A stretch of DNA of 64,000 nucleotides from Clostridia bacterium (GTDB taxonomy: Bacteria > Bacillota > Clostridia > Oscillospirales > CAG-272). The notes below the pieces were generated by a model, which was given only the letters and a program-made list of their open reading frames with translations, had not been told where the DNA came from and did not search any database. The position numbers were made by a program, and so were the translations under genes. The stretch lies in contig JAFVQL010000010.1 in the NCBI GenBank assembly GCA_017504785.1, positions 25,165-89,164 on the forward strand. The letters run 5' to 3'. Shown here piece after piece: positions 35,429 through 44,276 of this stretch; the first letter of the stretch is position 1, and each line of letters opens with the position of its first letter.

Positions 35429-37177
35429 TTAGTCGATGGACTTGTCGATCGCAAAGCGCGTGATCTTGCGCGAGGTATTCTTCGGGAACTCCTCGGCACG
35501 CAGCTTCACCTTGCCGACGTGCTTATAAGATACGTTCTTCTTATTGATCTCCTTAACGGCATCCTCGAAATAGGTCTGCGCGTCGATGATATTATGCATA
35601 GCAAGTGCCTCGCTGTCGGGATAGATCTCCGCAACGATGATCTCTTTCGAGGGATCGGACTTGCTTTCGCCCGCGTAAACAACGACCTCACCGACACCGT
35701 ATACACCCTGGATATCGGTTTCGATCTCCTCGGGATATACGTTCTTACCGTTGGAGAAGATGATAAGGTTCTTCAGACGGCCGGTGATATAGATCCACTG
35801 ATCCTCGTGACCGCTGATGGGATTCTTCTCGACAACGACCTTTCCGTAGTCACCCGTTCTGAAATAGCCCTCCTCGTCGAATGCGGCCGCAGTTGCCTCC
35901 TCGTTCTTGAAATATCCGATCATGCGGTTGGGGCCCTGATAGCAGATCTCGCCCTCGCCGTTTTCATCAGGATCGGCAATCTTTACGTGACCGCCGATGA
36001 TGGGCATACCGACCGAGCCCTTCTTGCGATACTCGTTACGGTTGCAGGAGATGAGGGGCGCGCACTCGGTGATGCCGTAGCCGTTCAGGATAACGACGCC
36101 GATGCTCTCGAAGAAATCGATAATATCCTGATTCAGCGCCGCACCGCCGCAGATGATCATTTCCAGCTCGCCGCCGAAATTCTTTAAGATCGTGCCGAAC
36201 AGCTTTTTGCGAAGGTCGATGCCGACGCGGCGAAGCGCGTTCGAGATCTTGATCATGGTCTTGACGAGCTTCAGCTTGCCCTGCTTCTCAATTCCGGTCA
36301 TGATGCGCTTGTAGAAGGTCTCCACGAACAAAGGCACGAGCACAAGATGCGTGGGTCTAAAGGTTGCAAGCTCGTTCATGATGTAACGGATGCCTGCGGA
36401 AATATAGATCTCACAGCCCTGCGCGTAGTGGCCGACGAAATTGACCGTGGAGCCGAAGGTGTGGTGCGGAGGCAGCACGCACATGGTGCGCTCCGTGATC
36501 TGGAAGTTATACATACCCTGCTCCATATCCGAGCAGATGTTCTTCGAGGTGAGCATAACGCCCTTGCCCTTGCCCGTGGTGCCCGAGGTGAACACGATGG
36601 ATGCGAGCACATCGTTATCGATCTCATATTCGTAATAAGAGCGGTCACCCGCAAGGTACTTCTCATTACCTGCCGCACGAACGCTTTCCAGAGAGATCGC
36701 ACCCTCGCTGATCTTATCACCGATCTCGACCATGGTTGCAAGAAGCGGAAGCGAAGCCTTCGCCTCCCACACCTTCTTTGCGGCAACCGTGGAATATACG
36801 GCCGCGGCGCACTCTGCCGTTGCGAGAATGGATGCCATATCGGGAGCGGGCAGCTCCTTATCGATCGGCACGGTGATCGCGCCCATGCTCATCAGAGCAA
36901 AGTAAGAAAACGCCCATTCGGGAGATGCCTCACCGATGATCGCAACGGTCTTACCCGTCAGTCCCATGGAGAGGAACTCGGTTGCAAGCGCACGCACGTA
37001 AGCACGGCCTTCCTCGTAAGTATAATGAAGGATCTCCTTATCGGTGGGATTCTTCTTATAAGAAAACGCAATTTTATCGGGATAGCGATCCGCTACGTTC
37101 TCGGTCATTTCTCGAAGGTTCGAAAATTTCGTGGTTTCATATAAGGGGTAGTTCTTTTTCCTGTTTTTGAATGCCAT
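35429..37177 (-). CDS. AMP-dependent acyl-CoA synthetase/ligase (long-chain fatty acid-CoA ligase-like)
   Basis: 582 aa. The AMP-binding motif is IVFTSGTTGKGKGV; also GYGITE and YRTGD-like FRTGDYG. Confidence 0.9.
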   Translation of the reverse strand: MAFKNRKKNYPLYETTKFSNLREMTENVADRYPDKIAFSYKKNPTDKEILHYTYEEGRAYVRALATEFLSMGLTGKTVAIIGEASPEWAFSYFALMSMGAITVPIDKELPAPDMASILATAECAAAVYSTVAAKKVWEAKASLPLLATMVEIGDKISEGAISLESVRAAGNEKYLAGDRSYYEYEIDNDVLASIVFTSGTTGKGKGVMLTSKNICSDMEQGMYNFQITERTMCVLPPHHTFGSTVNFVGHYAQGCEIYISAGIRYIMNELATFRPTHLVLVPLFVETFYKRIMTGIEKQGKLKLVKTMIKISNALRRVGIDLRKKLFGTILKNFGGELEMIICGGAALNQDIIDFFESIGVVILNGYGITECAPLISCNRNEYRKKGSVGMPIIGGHVKIADPDENGEGEICYQGPNRMIGYFKNEEATAAAFDEEGYFRTGDYGKVVVEKNPISGHEDQWIYITGRLKNLIIFSNGKNVYPEEIETDIQGVYGVGEVVVYAGESKSDPSKEIIVAEIYPDSEALAMHNIIDAQTYFEDAVKEINKKNVSYKHVGKVKLRAEEFPKNTSRKITRFAIDKSID

Positions 37178-37378
37178 ATTCTTTTTCCTTTCCTTATGCC
37201 GCGACGCGGCTCTGAACGTTATTTTAGCATTTTTCTCTTATTTTGTCAAGTAAAACAGGCGCGCGAGGGCTTCTACGAAGCAGAGAACGCCCCTCTCTCG
37301 AAAAGAGAGAGCACTCTCCGCCAAGGAGAAATGGGCTTTTTTTGCCGAGGCTTAAAGAAAAAAACGAGGCTTGCACCC

Positions 37379-37408
37379 TTGACAAAGCACGCCCGCCAAT
37401 GCTATACT
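37379..37408 (+). promoter_or_regulatory. Promoter about 290 nt upstream of the rRNA methyltransferase gene
   Basis: TTGACA (37379-37384), 18-nt spacer, TATACT (37403-37408). Confidence 0.6.
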
Positions 37409-37418
37409 TACTTGATGA

Positions 37419-37465
37419 CTTACTGAATGGAAAAACCGTGATGCGCTTACTGAATGGAAAAACCG
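37419..37465 (+). repeat. Exact 20-bp direct repeat CTTACTGAATGGAAAAACCG x2 (27-bp period) at the start of the leader
   Basis: Copies at 37419-37438 and 37446-37465, immediately downstream of the promoter. Confidence 0.9.
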
Positions 37466-37671
37466 AGGTGAGCGCGGCTTTTGCACAGCCTTCGGTCGAG
37501 CTGCTTTCAAAAAAGCGCACAAAGGGATCCCGCAAGCAAGATCCGAAAAGAGCGCCGAGCACACGCGGCGAGGCGCCCTATGCGGGCCGGCGGCAAGAGG
37601 CAGCTTCGTCGGCAAAACGCGAGGCTGCCCCTCAAAAAAAGACAAAAGACACAACGAAAGGAGAGAGGCGT

Positions 37672-39024
37672 ATGCTTCCCGAGGCCTTTATACAGCGAAT
37701 GCAGACTCTGCTGGGAGACGAAGCGGAGTGCTTTTTCCGTGCCATGGAAAAAGAGCCCGTGCGCGCTTTACGCATCAACCGCATCAAGGCGGAAGGCCAA
37801 AAGGCGAGTGAGCTTTGCCCCTTTCCGATCTCGCCGCTCCCCTACGACGCGGACGGATATATTTTTGACGAGGAGCGCATCGGTCATTCACCCCTGCACC
37901 ACGGCGGCGGCATTTACGTGCAGGACCCCGGCGCCATGAGCGCGATCGCCGCTCTTCCTCTGAAAAAGGGGATGCGCGTTGCCGACCTCTGTGCCGCCCC
38001 GGGCGGAAAAAGCGCACAGCTTGCCGCCGCCATCGGCGAGGAGGGGATGCTCTATTCCAACGAATTCGTTTCCTCACGCGCCAAGATCCTCGTCGGAAAC
38101 CTTGAGCGCCTCGGCGTTACAGGTGCGATCGTCACCTCGACGGATACGAGGGATTATAAAAAATGGTTTTCCGCTTATTTCGATGCCGTCGTCGTTGACG
38201 CGCCCTGCTCCGGCGAGGGAATGTTCCGAAAAAACGATGCCGCCGCGGATGAATGGAGCGAGGAAGCCGTAAAAAAATGCGCCGAGCGGCAGAGCATGAT
38301 CCTCGAAAACGCCTCTACCATTGTTAAAAACGGCGGTTATCTTCTCTATTCCACCTGCACCTTCTCGGTCGAGGAAAACGAAAGAACCGTATTGGAGTTT
38401 CTTCGCTCGCACCCCGACTACGAGCTGATCGAGGTGAACGCCGCCGTTCGCGATCACACGGCAGACGGCATCGCCTTGCCGGATGCAGGGGGTGTTCCTT
38501 TGCATTTTTGCAGAAGATTTTATCCGCACATTGCTCCGGGAGAAGGCCAATTTATTGCTCTTATGCAAAGAAAAACAGACGATTTGCCAACTTTACTTTA
38601 CAAAGATGCTTCTGTTTCGCCGCAAAAGGAAGAAAAGCGCATTGCAGAGGAATTTATAAAGGCCACATTAGAGCTGCCGAAGGATATGCGCCTTTGCCGC
38701 GTCGGCGATACGCTTTCGCTGATCAAGGAGAGCCAAGCCGTGCCGCCGCACGCCGTGTTTTTAAGCGGCGTCTGCCTCGGTCGTGTGGAAAAAGGAAGGC
38801 TCGTGCCGCACCATCAGCTTTTTTCCGCGCTTGGGAAGTATTTTAGAGAAAGGGTTTTCCTTTCCGAAGCGAACGCCCTGCGCTATCTGCGCGGCGAGGA
38901 GCTGGAAGGCGGGAGGGGCAGCGGTTACGTCGCCGTTTGCTACGGGGCGCTGACGCTTGGCGGCGCAAAGCTTGCGGCAGGACGGCTGAAAAACCATTAC
39001 CCCAAAGGGCTTCGAAACCCCTAA
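37672..39024 (+). CDS. NOL1/NOP2/Sun-family rRNA cytosine-C5 methyltransferase (RsmF/RsmB-like)
   Basis: ORF 37243..39024. My preferred start is ATG 37672 (MLPEAFIQRMQTLLG), which has GAAAGGAGAGAGG upstream. The SAM motif is DLCAAPGGKS, and the catalytic Cys motifs are DAPCSG and YSTCT. Confidence 0.88.
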   Translation: MLPEAFIQRMQTLLGDEAECFFRAMEKEPVRALRINRIKAEGQKASELCPFPISPLPYDADGYIFDEERIGHSPLHHGGGIYVQDPGAMSAIAALPLKKGMRVADLCAAPGGKSAQLAAAIGEEGMLYSNEFVSSRAKILVGNLERLGVTGAIVTSTDTRDYKKWFSAYFDAVVVDAPCSGEGMFRKNDAAADEWSEEAVKKCAERQSMILENASTIVKNGGYLLYSTCTFSVEENERTVLEFLRSHPDYELIEVNAAVRDHTADGIALPDAGGVPLHFCRRFYPHIAPGEGQFIALMQRKTDDLPTLLYKDASVSPQKEEKRIAEEFIKATLELPKDMRLCRVGDTLSLIKESQAVPPHAVFLSGVCLGRVEKGRLVPHHQLFSALGKYFRERVFLSEANALRYLRGEELEGGRGSGYVAVCYGALTLGGAKLAAGRLKNHYPKGLRNP

Positions 39025-39069
39025 TCAACCAAAAAAATAAAACAATTATTTACATATAGGAGTAAAACC

Positions 39070-39819
39070 ATGGAAAACAAAATTTTAGCAACCGTAGGCG
39101 GCTTTGCCATCACCGATGCCGACGTTACCGAGTTTCTTCGCGGCATGGGCAAGAACGGACAGGCTTACGACAATCCCGAGGGCAGAAAGGCAGTCCTTTC
39201 CGAGCTTGTATCGCAGAAGCTTTTGCTCCTCGATGCACAGAAGAACCTTCTCGAGGCAGAGCCTGCCTTCAAGGCGCAGCTAAAGAAAGCAAAGGAAGGT
39301 CTGCTTGCAAGCTATGCGCTCGAAAAGGCACTCTCTGCCGTTCGCGTGACCGACAAGGAAGTGGAGGACTACTATAACGAAAATAAGGAAAAATTCGTTT
39401 CTCCCGCAACCGTGAACGCAAGCCACATTCTCGTGGATACCGCAGAGACCGCAAAGGAGATCCTCGCAAAGATCGAGAGCGGCGCGCTCTCCTTCGAGGA
39501 TGCCGCAAAGGAATACTCCTCCTGCCCCTCCAAGGAAAACGGCGGCTCGCTCGGCGATTTCAGCCGCGGCCAGATGGTGCCCGAATTTGACAGCGCCGTA
39601 TTCGCAATGGAGATTGGCGAGATCACGAAGGAGCCCGTGCAGACGCAGTTTGGCTTCCATCTGATCCGTCTCAATTCCAAAAACGAGGGCGAGACCGTGC
39701 AGCTTGAGAAGATCAAGGATAAGCTTTCCCAGCAGCTCCTGATGCAGAAGCAGCAGAGGGCATACGAGAGCAAGATCAATCAGCTGAAGATCCTCTTCCC
39801 CGTGGATATGGCTCTGTAA
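39070..39819 (+). CDS. Parvulin-type peptidyl-prolyl isomerase (PpiC/SurA-like, no signal peptide seen)
   Basis: 249 aa. ASHILV...SSCPSKENGGSLGDFSRGQMVPEFD...TQFGFHLI fits a rotamase domain. Confidence 0.88.
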   Translation: MENKILATVGGFAITDADVTEFLRGMGKNGQAYDNPEGRKAVLSELVSQKLLLLDAQKNLLEAEPAFKAQLKKAKEGLLASYALEKALSAVRVTDKEVEDYYNENKEKFVSPATVNASHILVDTAETAKEILAKIESGALSFEDAAKEYSSCPSKENGGSLGDFSRGQMVPEFDSAVFAMEIGEITKEPVQTQFGFHLIRLNSKNEGETVQLEKIKDKLSQQLLMQKQQRAYESKINQLKILFPVDMAL

Positions 39820-40574
39820 TGAACGAAGAATCACTCCTTGAGGGCAGACTTACCGAGCTTTGCAGAAAGAGCTATGAAAGAGATATCTTCACCTTTTCCG
39901 ACTTTTTGGGACTTGCGGAGCAAACGGTTCTGAAAAAAGCGATCAAGGGCTATGGCGCATCTCACGTCACGCTCTTCGGCGGCGCGCAAGGGTGCGAGCG
40001 CGTGATGGCGCGCTTCGGCGATCCCGCGTGCATCGGTTGGGAAGAGCCCTTCCCCATCGCTTGCCTCAAGATCGCGCCCAAGTCTCAAAAATTCGCCGAC
40101 ACGCTCACACACAGAGATTTTCTCGGCGCACTCATGCATCTCGGCTTCAAGCGCGAGATGATCGGTGATATTCCCATCTTCGAAAACGAGGGCTACCTTT
40201 TCTGCGAGGAAAAAATGGCAGAGCATATCCTCTCCTCTCTGACCGAGGTGAGGCGCACCGCCGTGACCGTATCGCGCGTGGAGGAAATCCCCGAAGGGGA
40301 ACTCTTCCGAACGCAAACGCTTACCGTGCAAGTGCAGAGCGAGCGGCTCGATGCCATCATCGCAAAGGTCTTCTCACTTTCCAGAGAGGATGCACAGGGG
40401 TATTTCGCAAAGTCCTTGGTGTTCGTCAACGGTACAGCCGTCGAAAGCACGTCCTTTTCACCCAAGGCGGGGGACAAGATCAGCGTTCGCACGAAGGGCC
40501 GCTTTATTTACGGTGGCCCCGCCTCCCTTTCCAAAAAGGGGAAGCTGAACGTGAAAATCGAAAAATACGTATGA
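39819..40574 (+). CDS. ylmH: YlmH-like S4-domain RNA-binding protein
   Basis: 251 aa. It shows the TFSDFLGLAEQ...HRDFLGALMHLG...LDAIIAKVFSLSREDAQGYFAKSLVFVNG pattern and a TAATG overlap with the upstream gene. Confidence 0.82.
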   Translation: MNEESLLEGRLTELCRKSYERDIFTFSDFLGLAEQTVLKKAIKGYGASHVTLFGGAQGCERVMARFGDPACIGWEEPFPIACLKIAPKSQKFADTLTHRDFLGALMHLGFKREMIGDIPIFENEGYLFCEEKMAEHILSSLTEVRRTAVTVSRVEEIPEGELFRTQTLTVQVQSERLDAIIAKVFSLSREDAQGYFAKSLVFVNGTAVESTSFSPKAGDKISVRTKGRFIYGGPASLSKKGKLNVKIEKYV

Positions 40575-40603
40575 TCCCAAAAATATTTTCTAAAATCTAA
40601 AAA

Positions 40604-40647
40604 AAGAAGCGATCCGCTCATTATCGACGGACCGCTTCTTTTTTTAG
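40604..40647. terminator. Bidirectional terminator between ylmH and the HAD hydrolase gene
   Basis: Stem AAGAAGCG(a)TCCG / CGGA(c)CGCTTCTT, with an A-run upstream and TTTTTTT downstream. Confidence 0.8.
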
Positions 40648-40705
40648 TTTTCGCTTCCTTTAAGGAACAAAATCTTTGTTTTGTTATATTTTCCGAGAAT
40701 AAAAA

Positions 40706-41362
40706 TCAAAAATTCAGCGCTTTCAATATATCCGCAGGTTTTTCTGCAAGCAGGTCTGCGCCGCAAGAAAGAAGCTCCTCGCGGTCACGGAAGCCCCAAA
40801 GAACACCGATCGCAAGCCCCGCACCGTAATTTTTTGCGGTTTTCATATCCACGCCGCTATCGCCGATAAACGCGGTTTCCGAGGGAGAAAGCCCGAGCGC
40901 AAGAAGGACGGGCGCGACCGCCGCAGGATCCGGCTTCAAGGCGATTCCCGTTTTTCCGCCTGCAACGATCTCGATCGCATCACCGAAAAATCGCTCCACC
41001 AATGGGCGCACCGCACCCTCGGGCTTATTGGAAAGCACGGCAAGGCGCATACCGCTCTTACGCAATGCTTCGATCAGCGCGATGACCCCCTCGTACGGCT
41101 CGGTTAGATATTCGGGGGCGGCGTTATACTCTGCATCGTATGCGGCAAAAAACGCTTCAAAATCCGCCACCTCTCGCCCAACCAATGCGAGCGAGCGCTC
41201 TAAAAGATTTCTAGCACCCTTGCCGACCATCACGCGGCACTCCTCTTCACTGATGGCCCTTGCCCCCTCGCGGGAAAGCGCTTCGTTTACGTAATACGTG
41301 ATCGTGGTCAGCGTATTGAGAAGCGTGCCGTCCAGATCGAATATGCAAGCCTTGATTCCCAT
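40706..41362 (-). CDS. HAD-superfamily hydrolase (phosphoglycolate phosphatase-like)
   Basis: 218 aa. Motif I is FDLDGTL; also SNKP and GDSGVD. Confidence 0.88.
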   Translation of the reverse strand: MGIKACIFDLDGTLLNTLTTITYYVNEALSREGARAISEEECRVMVGKGARNLLERSLALVGREVADFEAFFAAYDAEYNAAPEYLTEPYEGVIALIEALRKSGMRLAVLSNKPEGAVRPLVERFFGDAIEIVAGGKTGIALKPDPAAVAPVLLALGLSPSETAFIGDSGVDMKTAKNYGAGLAIGVLWGFRDREELLSCGADLLAEKPADILKALNF

Positions 41363-41385
41363 ACTATTCCCTTTTCTTTATTTTC

Positions 41386-43821
41386 TTATATTTTTTGAAG
41401 CTTTGCGAAGGTCGCCATCAGCTTTTTCTCAAGGCCGTTATCAAACCTTACCTGATACAGAACGTCACCGCCCATATCCTTGGCGAACACGATCGTTCCC
41501 TCTCCGAAGGCCGTATGGCGCACGCGCGTTCCCACGGCAAGCTTCTCCACACCGAAGCTTTTCGGTCCGGCTTTTGCCTGCGATGCTCCGCCGAAGGCTT
41601 TGCGATTCATTTCCGAGAAGGCACTCTTGCCGAAAAACGGCGAGGGGGCTTTATTCTTCGGCGCGTAGCCGGCCGAGGGAATGCCGCGCGGCGGTATCAC
41701 ACGGGGCTTTTGCCGCACCGTGAGATCTTCGGGCACTTCGTCGCGGATAAAGCAGGAAAGGTTTCCGTAAGCGGTCCTTCCGTACATCATGCGGTTTTTC
41801 GCGTAGGTAATAAAAAGCTCGTCCTTCGCTCTCGTGATCGCCACGTAGCAAAGTCTGCGCTCCTCACTCATCTCGGCGGGATCGCTCATATTCGACTGCG
41901 ACGGAAAAAGCCCGTCCTCCATGCCTGCAAGGAATACCACGGGGAACTCCAGTCCCTTGGCAGAATGCACCGTCATCATCACGACGGCATCGGCATCCTC
42001 GTCGTACTTATCCACGTCACTGACGAGCGCGATCTCCTCGAGGAAGCCCGCAAGCGAGATCTCCTCTCCGTTTTCGTTCTGCCGCTTCTCATATTCCTTT
42101 GCGGCGGCAACAAATTCCTCTACGTTCTGGATCCTTCCCTCGCCCTCAAAGCCCTCGGCCGCGAGCATCTGCTTATATCCCGTCTCCTCAAAGAGCGCCG
42201 TGAGAAGCTCGGAGGGGAGCGTTTTCCCTTCCTTGATGCGATCGATCGTTTTCACAAAATCCGTAAGCTTTGCCGCGGAGCGCAAAAGCGCCGTGAAGCT
42301 CTCGGCGCGCGCCATGACCTCGTACATCGAAAGGCCGTTTTCTTTTCCGATCTGCTCCACCGCCTCGACCGTGGCGGCACCGATGCCGCGCTTCGGCTCG
42401 TTGATGATACGCTTTAAGCGCATATCGTCCCTGGGTGTGCAGGCAACCGTCAGATACGCGAGCATATCGCGGATCTCCTTGCGATCGTAGAAGCGCTGGC
42501 CGCCGAGAATGCGGTACGGAATACCGCTCTTGGTAAAGGTTGTCTCCAAGGAGCGCGCCAGCTCGTTCACGCGGTAAAGGATCGCGTAATCGCCGTACTT
42601 TCTTCCGTGTTCCACGCGATGCTTATTGATGGTTTCAATGATGTAACGCCCCTCGTCGATCTGATCGGAGGCCTCCTTGATCACGATGCGCTCGCCCGCG
42701 CCCTTTTCGGACCAAAGCTTTTTATCGTGGCGATCCTCGTTATGGCTGATGATCGCATTTGCCGCATTCAGAATGTTCTCGGTGGAACGGTAATTCTGCT
42801 CGAGCTTTACGACGTGCGCCTCGGGATAGGTCTTATCAAAATTCAAAATATTTTCGATCGTTGCACCGCGGAATTTATAGATGCTCTGATCGTCGTCACC
42901 CACGACCATGATATTGCGCTCTCTGTCCGAGAGAAGCTTCGTCAAAACGAACTGTGCATAGTTCGTGTCCTGATATTCATCCACCAAAACGTAGCGGAAT
43001 TTTCTTTGATAATACGATCTCGGCTCTTCAAAGCTTTCAAGCAGATGCACCGTTTGCATAATGATATCGTCAAAGTCCATCGCGTTGTATTCGCGCAGCT
43101 TTTTCTGATACAGCTTATAGATCTCGCGGATCTCCTTGGTGCGCGGATCACGCTCGATCTCAAACTTATCGGGCGTTTCAAGCCTGTCCTTTGCGCGGCT
43201 GATCGCACCTGCCACCGCCTTGGGAGCAAGTCTTTTTTCATCGATCGAAAGCTCCTTCATGCAGACCGAGATCAAACGCTTGCTATCATCGGTATCGTAG
43301 ATCGAGAAGCCGGGCGCATATCCGAGAAGCTCGCCGTACTTACGCAGAATGCGAAGGCAGATGGAGTGGAAGGTTCCCGTCCATACCGAGGCGGACACCT
43401 CGGGATCGGGAAACACGCGCTCAAGCCTTTCCTTGATCTCCTTGGCAGCCTTATTCGTAAAGGTAAACGCCAAAAGTGCCCACGGCGGGCAGGGATCCGA
43501 AATAAATTCGGGAAGGATCTCGGCGATCTCCTCGGGCGTGCTCTCCAGCGCCGCATCCAAGGCATCCGTCATATCCAGACTTACCGATTCGGGGATCTCT
43601 TCCGAATGATATGCGTTTCCGTATTTAATAAGGTAAGAAATGCGGTTAACAAGCACCGTGGTTTTTCCGCTTCCCGCGCCCGCAAGAACCAACAGCGGCC
43701 CCTTGGCACAAAAAACGGCTTCTCTTTGGCGCGCATTGAGCCGCGCGCCGTACACCTTGTCGAAAAGGCGGCGCTTGGCGGCTAAAAACCGCGCTTTTTT
43801 GTCTTCTGTCCTCATTTGCAT
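41386..43821 (-). CDS. pcrA: ATP-dependent DNA helicase PcrA (UvrD family)
   Basis: 811 aa. Motifs: AGAGSGKTTVL, VDEYQDTN, TVHSAKGLEFPVVFL. The C-terminal Tudor-like tail is GTRVRHTAFGEGTIV. Confidence 0.93.
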   Translation of the reverse strand: MQMRTEDKKARFLAAKRRLFDKVYGARLNARQREAVFCAKGPLLVLAGAGSGKTTVLVNRISYLIKYGNAYHSEEIPESVSLDMTDALDAALESTPEEIAEILPEFISDPCPPWALLAFTFTNKAAKEIKERLERVFPDPEVSASVWTGTFHSICLRILRKYGELLGYAPGFSIYDTDDSKRLISVCMKELSIDEKRLAPKAVAGAISRAKDRLETPDKFEIERDPRTKEIREIYKLYQKKLREYNAMDFDDIIMQTVHLLESFEEPRSYYQRKFRYVLVDEYQDTNYAQFVLTKLLSDRERNIMVVGDDDQSIYKFRGATIENILNFDKTYPEAHVVKLEQNYRSTENILNAANAIISHNEDRHDKKLWSEKGAGERIVIKEASDQIDEGRYIIETINKHRVEHGRKYGDYAILYRVNELARSLETTFTKSGIPYRILGGQRFYDRKEIRDMLAYLTVACTPRDDMRLKRIINEPKRGIGAATVEAVEQIGKENGLSMYEVMARAESFTALLRSAAKLTDFVKTIDRIKEGKTLPSELLTALFEETGYKQMLAAEGFEGEGRIQNVEEFVAAAKEYEKRQNENGEEISLAGFLEEIALVSDVDKYDEDADAVVMMTVHSAKGLEFPVVFLAGMEDGLFPSQSNMSDPAEMSEERRLCYVAITRAKDELFITYAKNRMMYGRTAYGNLSCFIRDEVPEDLTVRQKPRVIPPRGIPSAGYAPKNKAPSPFFGKSAFSEMNRKAFGGASQAKAGPKSFGVEKLAVGTRVRHTAFGEGTIVFAKDMGGDVLYQVRFDNGLEKKLMATFAKLQKI

Positions 43822-43918
43822 TCTATATTCTTCCGTTCTTTTTTGTTAATCGTATTTTCTGCGAAGTGTTTTTGCAGAATATGCGCGGCGGCACGTTTCA
43901 GCCACGCATAAAAAGCGG

Positions 43919-44110
43919 TTTTCCACAAAGCGAAAACTGCATTTTTCCCGAATGTCAATAGGGTTTTTAAAAAAAATCAAAATTTCGAGTTTTCCACAGC
44001 GTTTTCTGTGGAAAATGTGGAAAATACCGCGGACAAACCTATGAAACTCGGGGTTTTTGGAAAAAAATTCCTGTGTTTTCCACATTCGCGATTGTGGACA
44101 ATGTGGAAAA
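43919..44110. promoter_or_regulatory. DnaA-box cluster (7 boxes, each one mismatch from TTATCCACA)
   Basis: TTTTCCACA at 43919, 43990 and 44076. TGTGGAAAA at 44007, 44016 and 44102. TGTGGACAA at 44093. Two identical 35-bp modules are present (forward box, 8-nt gap, two abutting reverse boxes). Confidence 0.8.
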
Positions 44111-44276
44111 CTCGGTCTATCTTTTTCCGCACTTTTTATGCGAAAACGGCGTTTTTCACAAAAAATTCCTTTTTTCGCCTTTCCGCATACTGCCTTGATT
44201 TTTCGGGCTTTCGGACGGAGTATTTTCTACGAACATCTTTCTGTTTTCGCTTTTCGGCGGTTTGCAAAAAGCTTTT

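Noticed and set aside
37243-37671. 143-codon in-frame extension upstream of the m5C methyltransferase (track ORF starts at 37243)
   Set aside because: The upstream part spans the gene's own promoter (37379-37408), and its candidate starts have no RBS. ATG 37672 has a strong one. A shorter extension from 37441 is kept only as an alternative.
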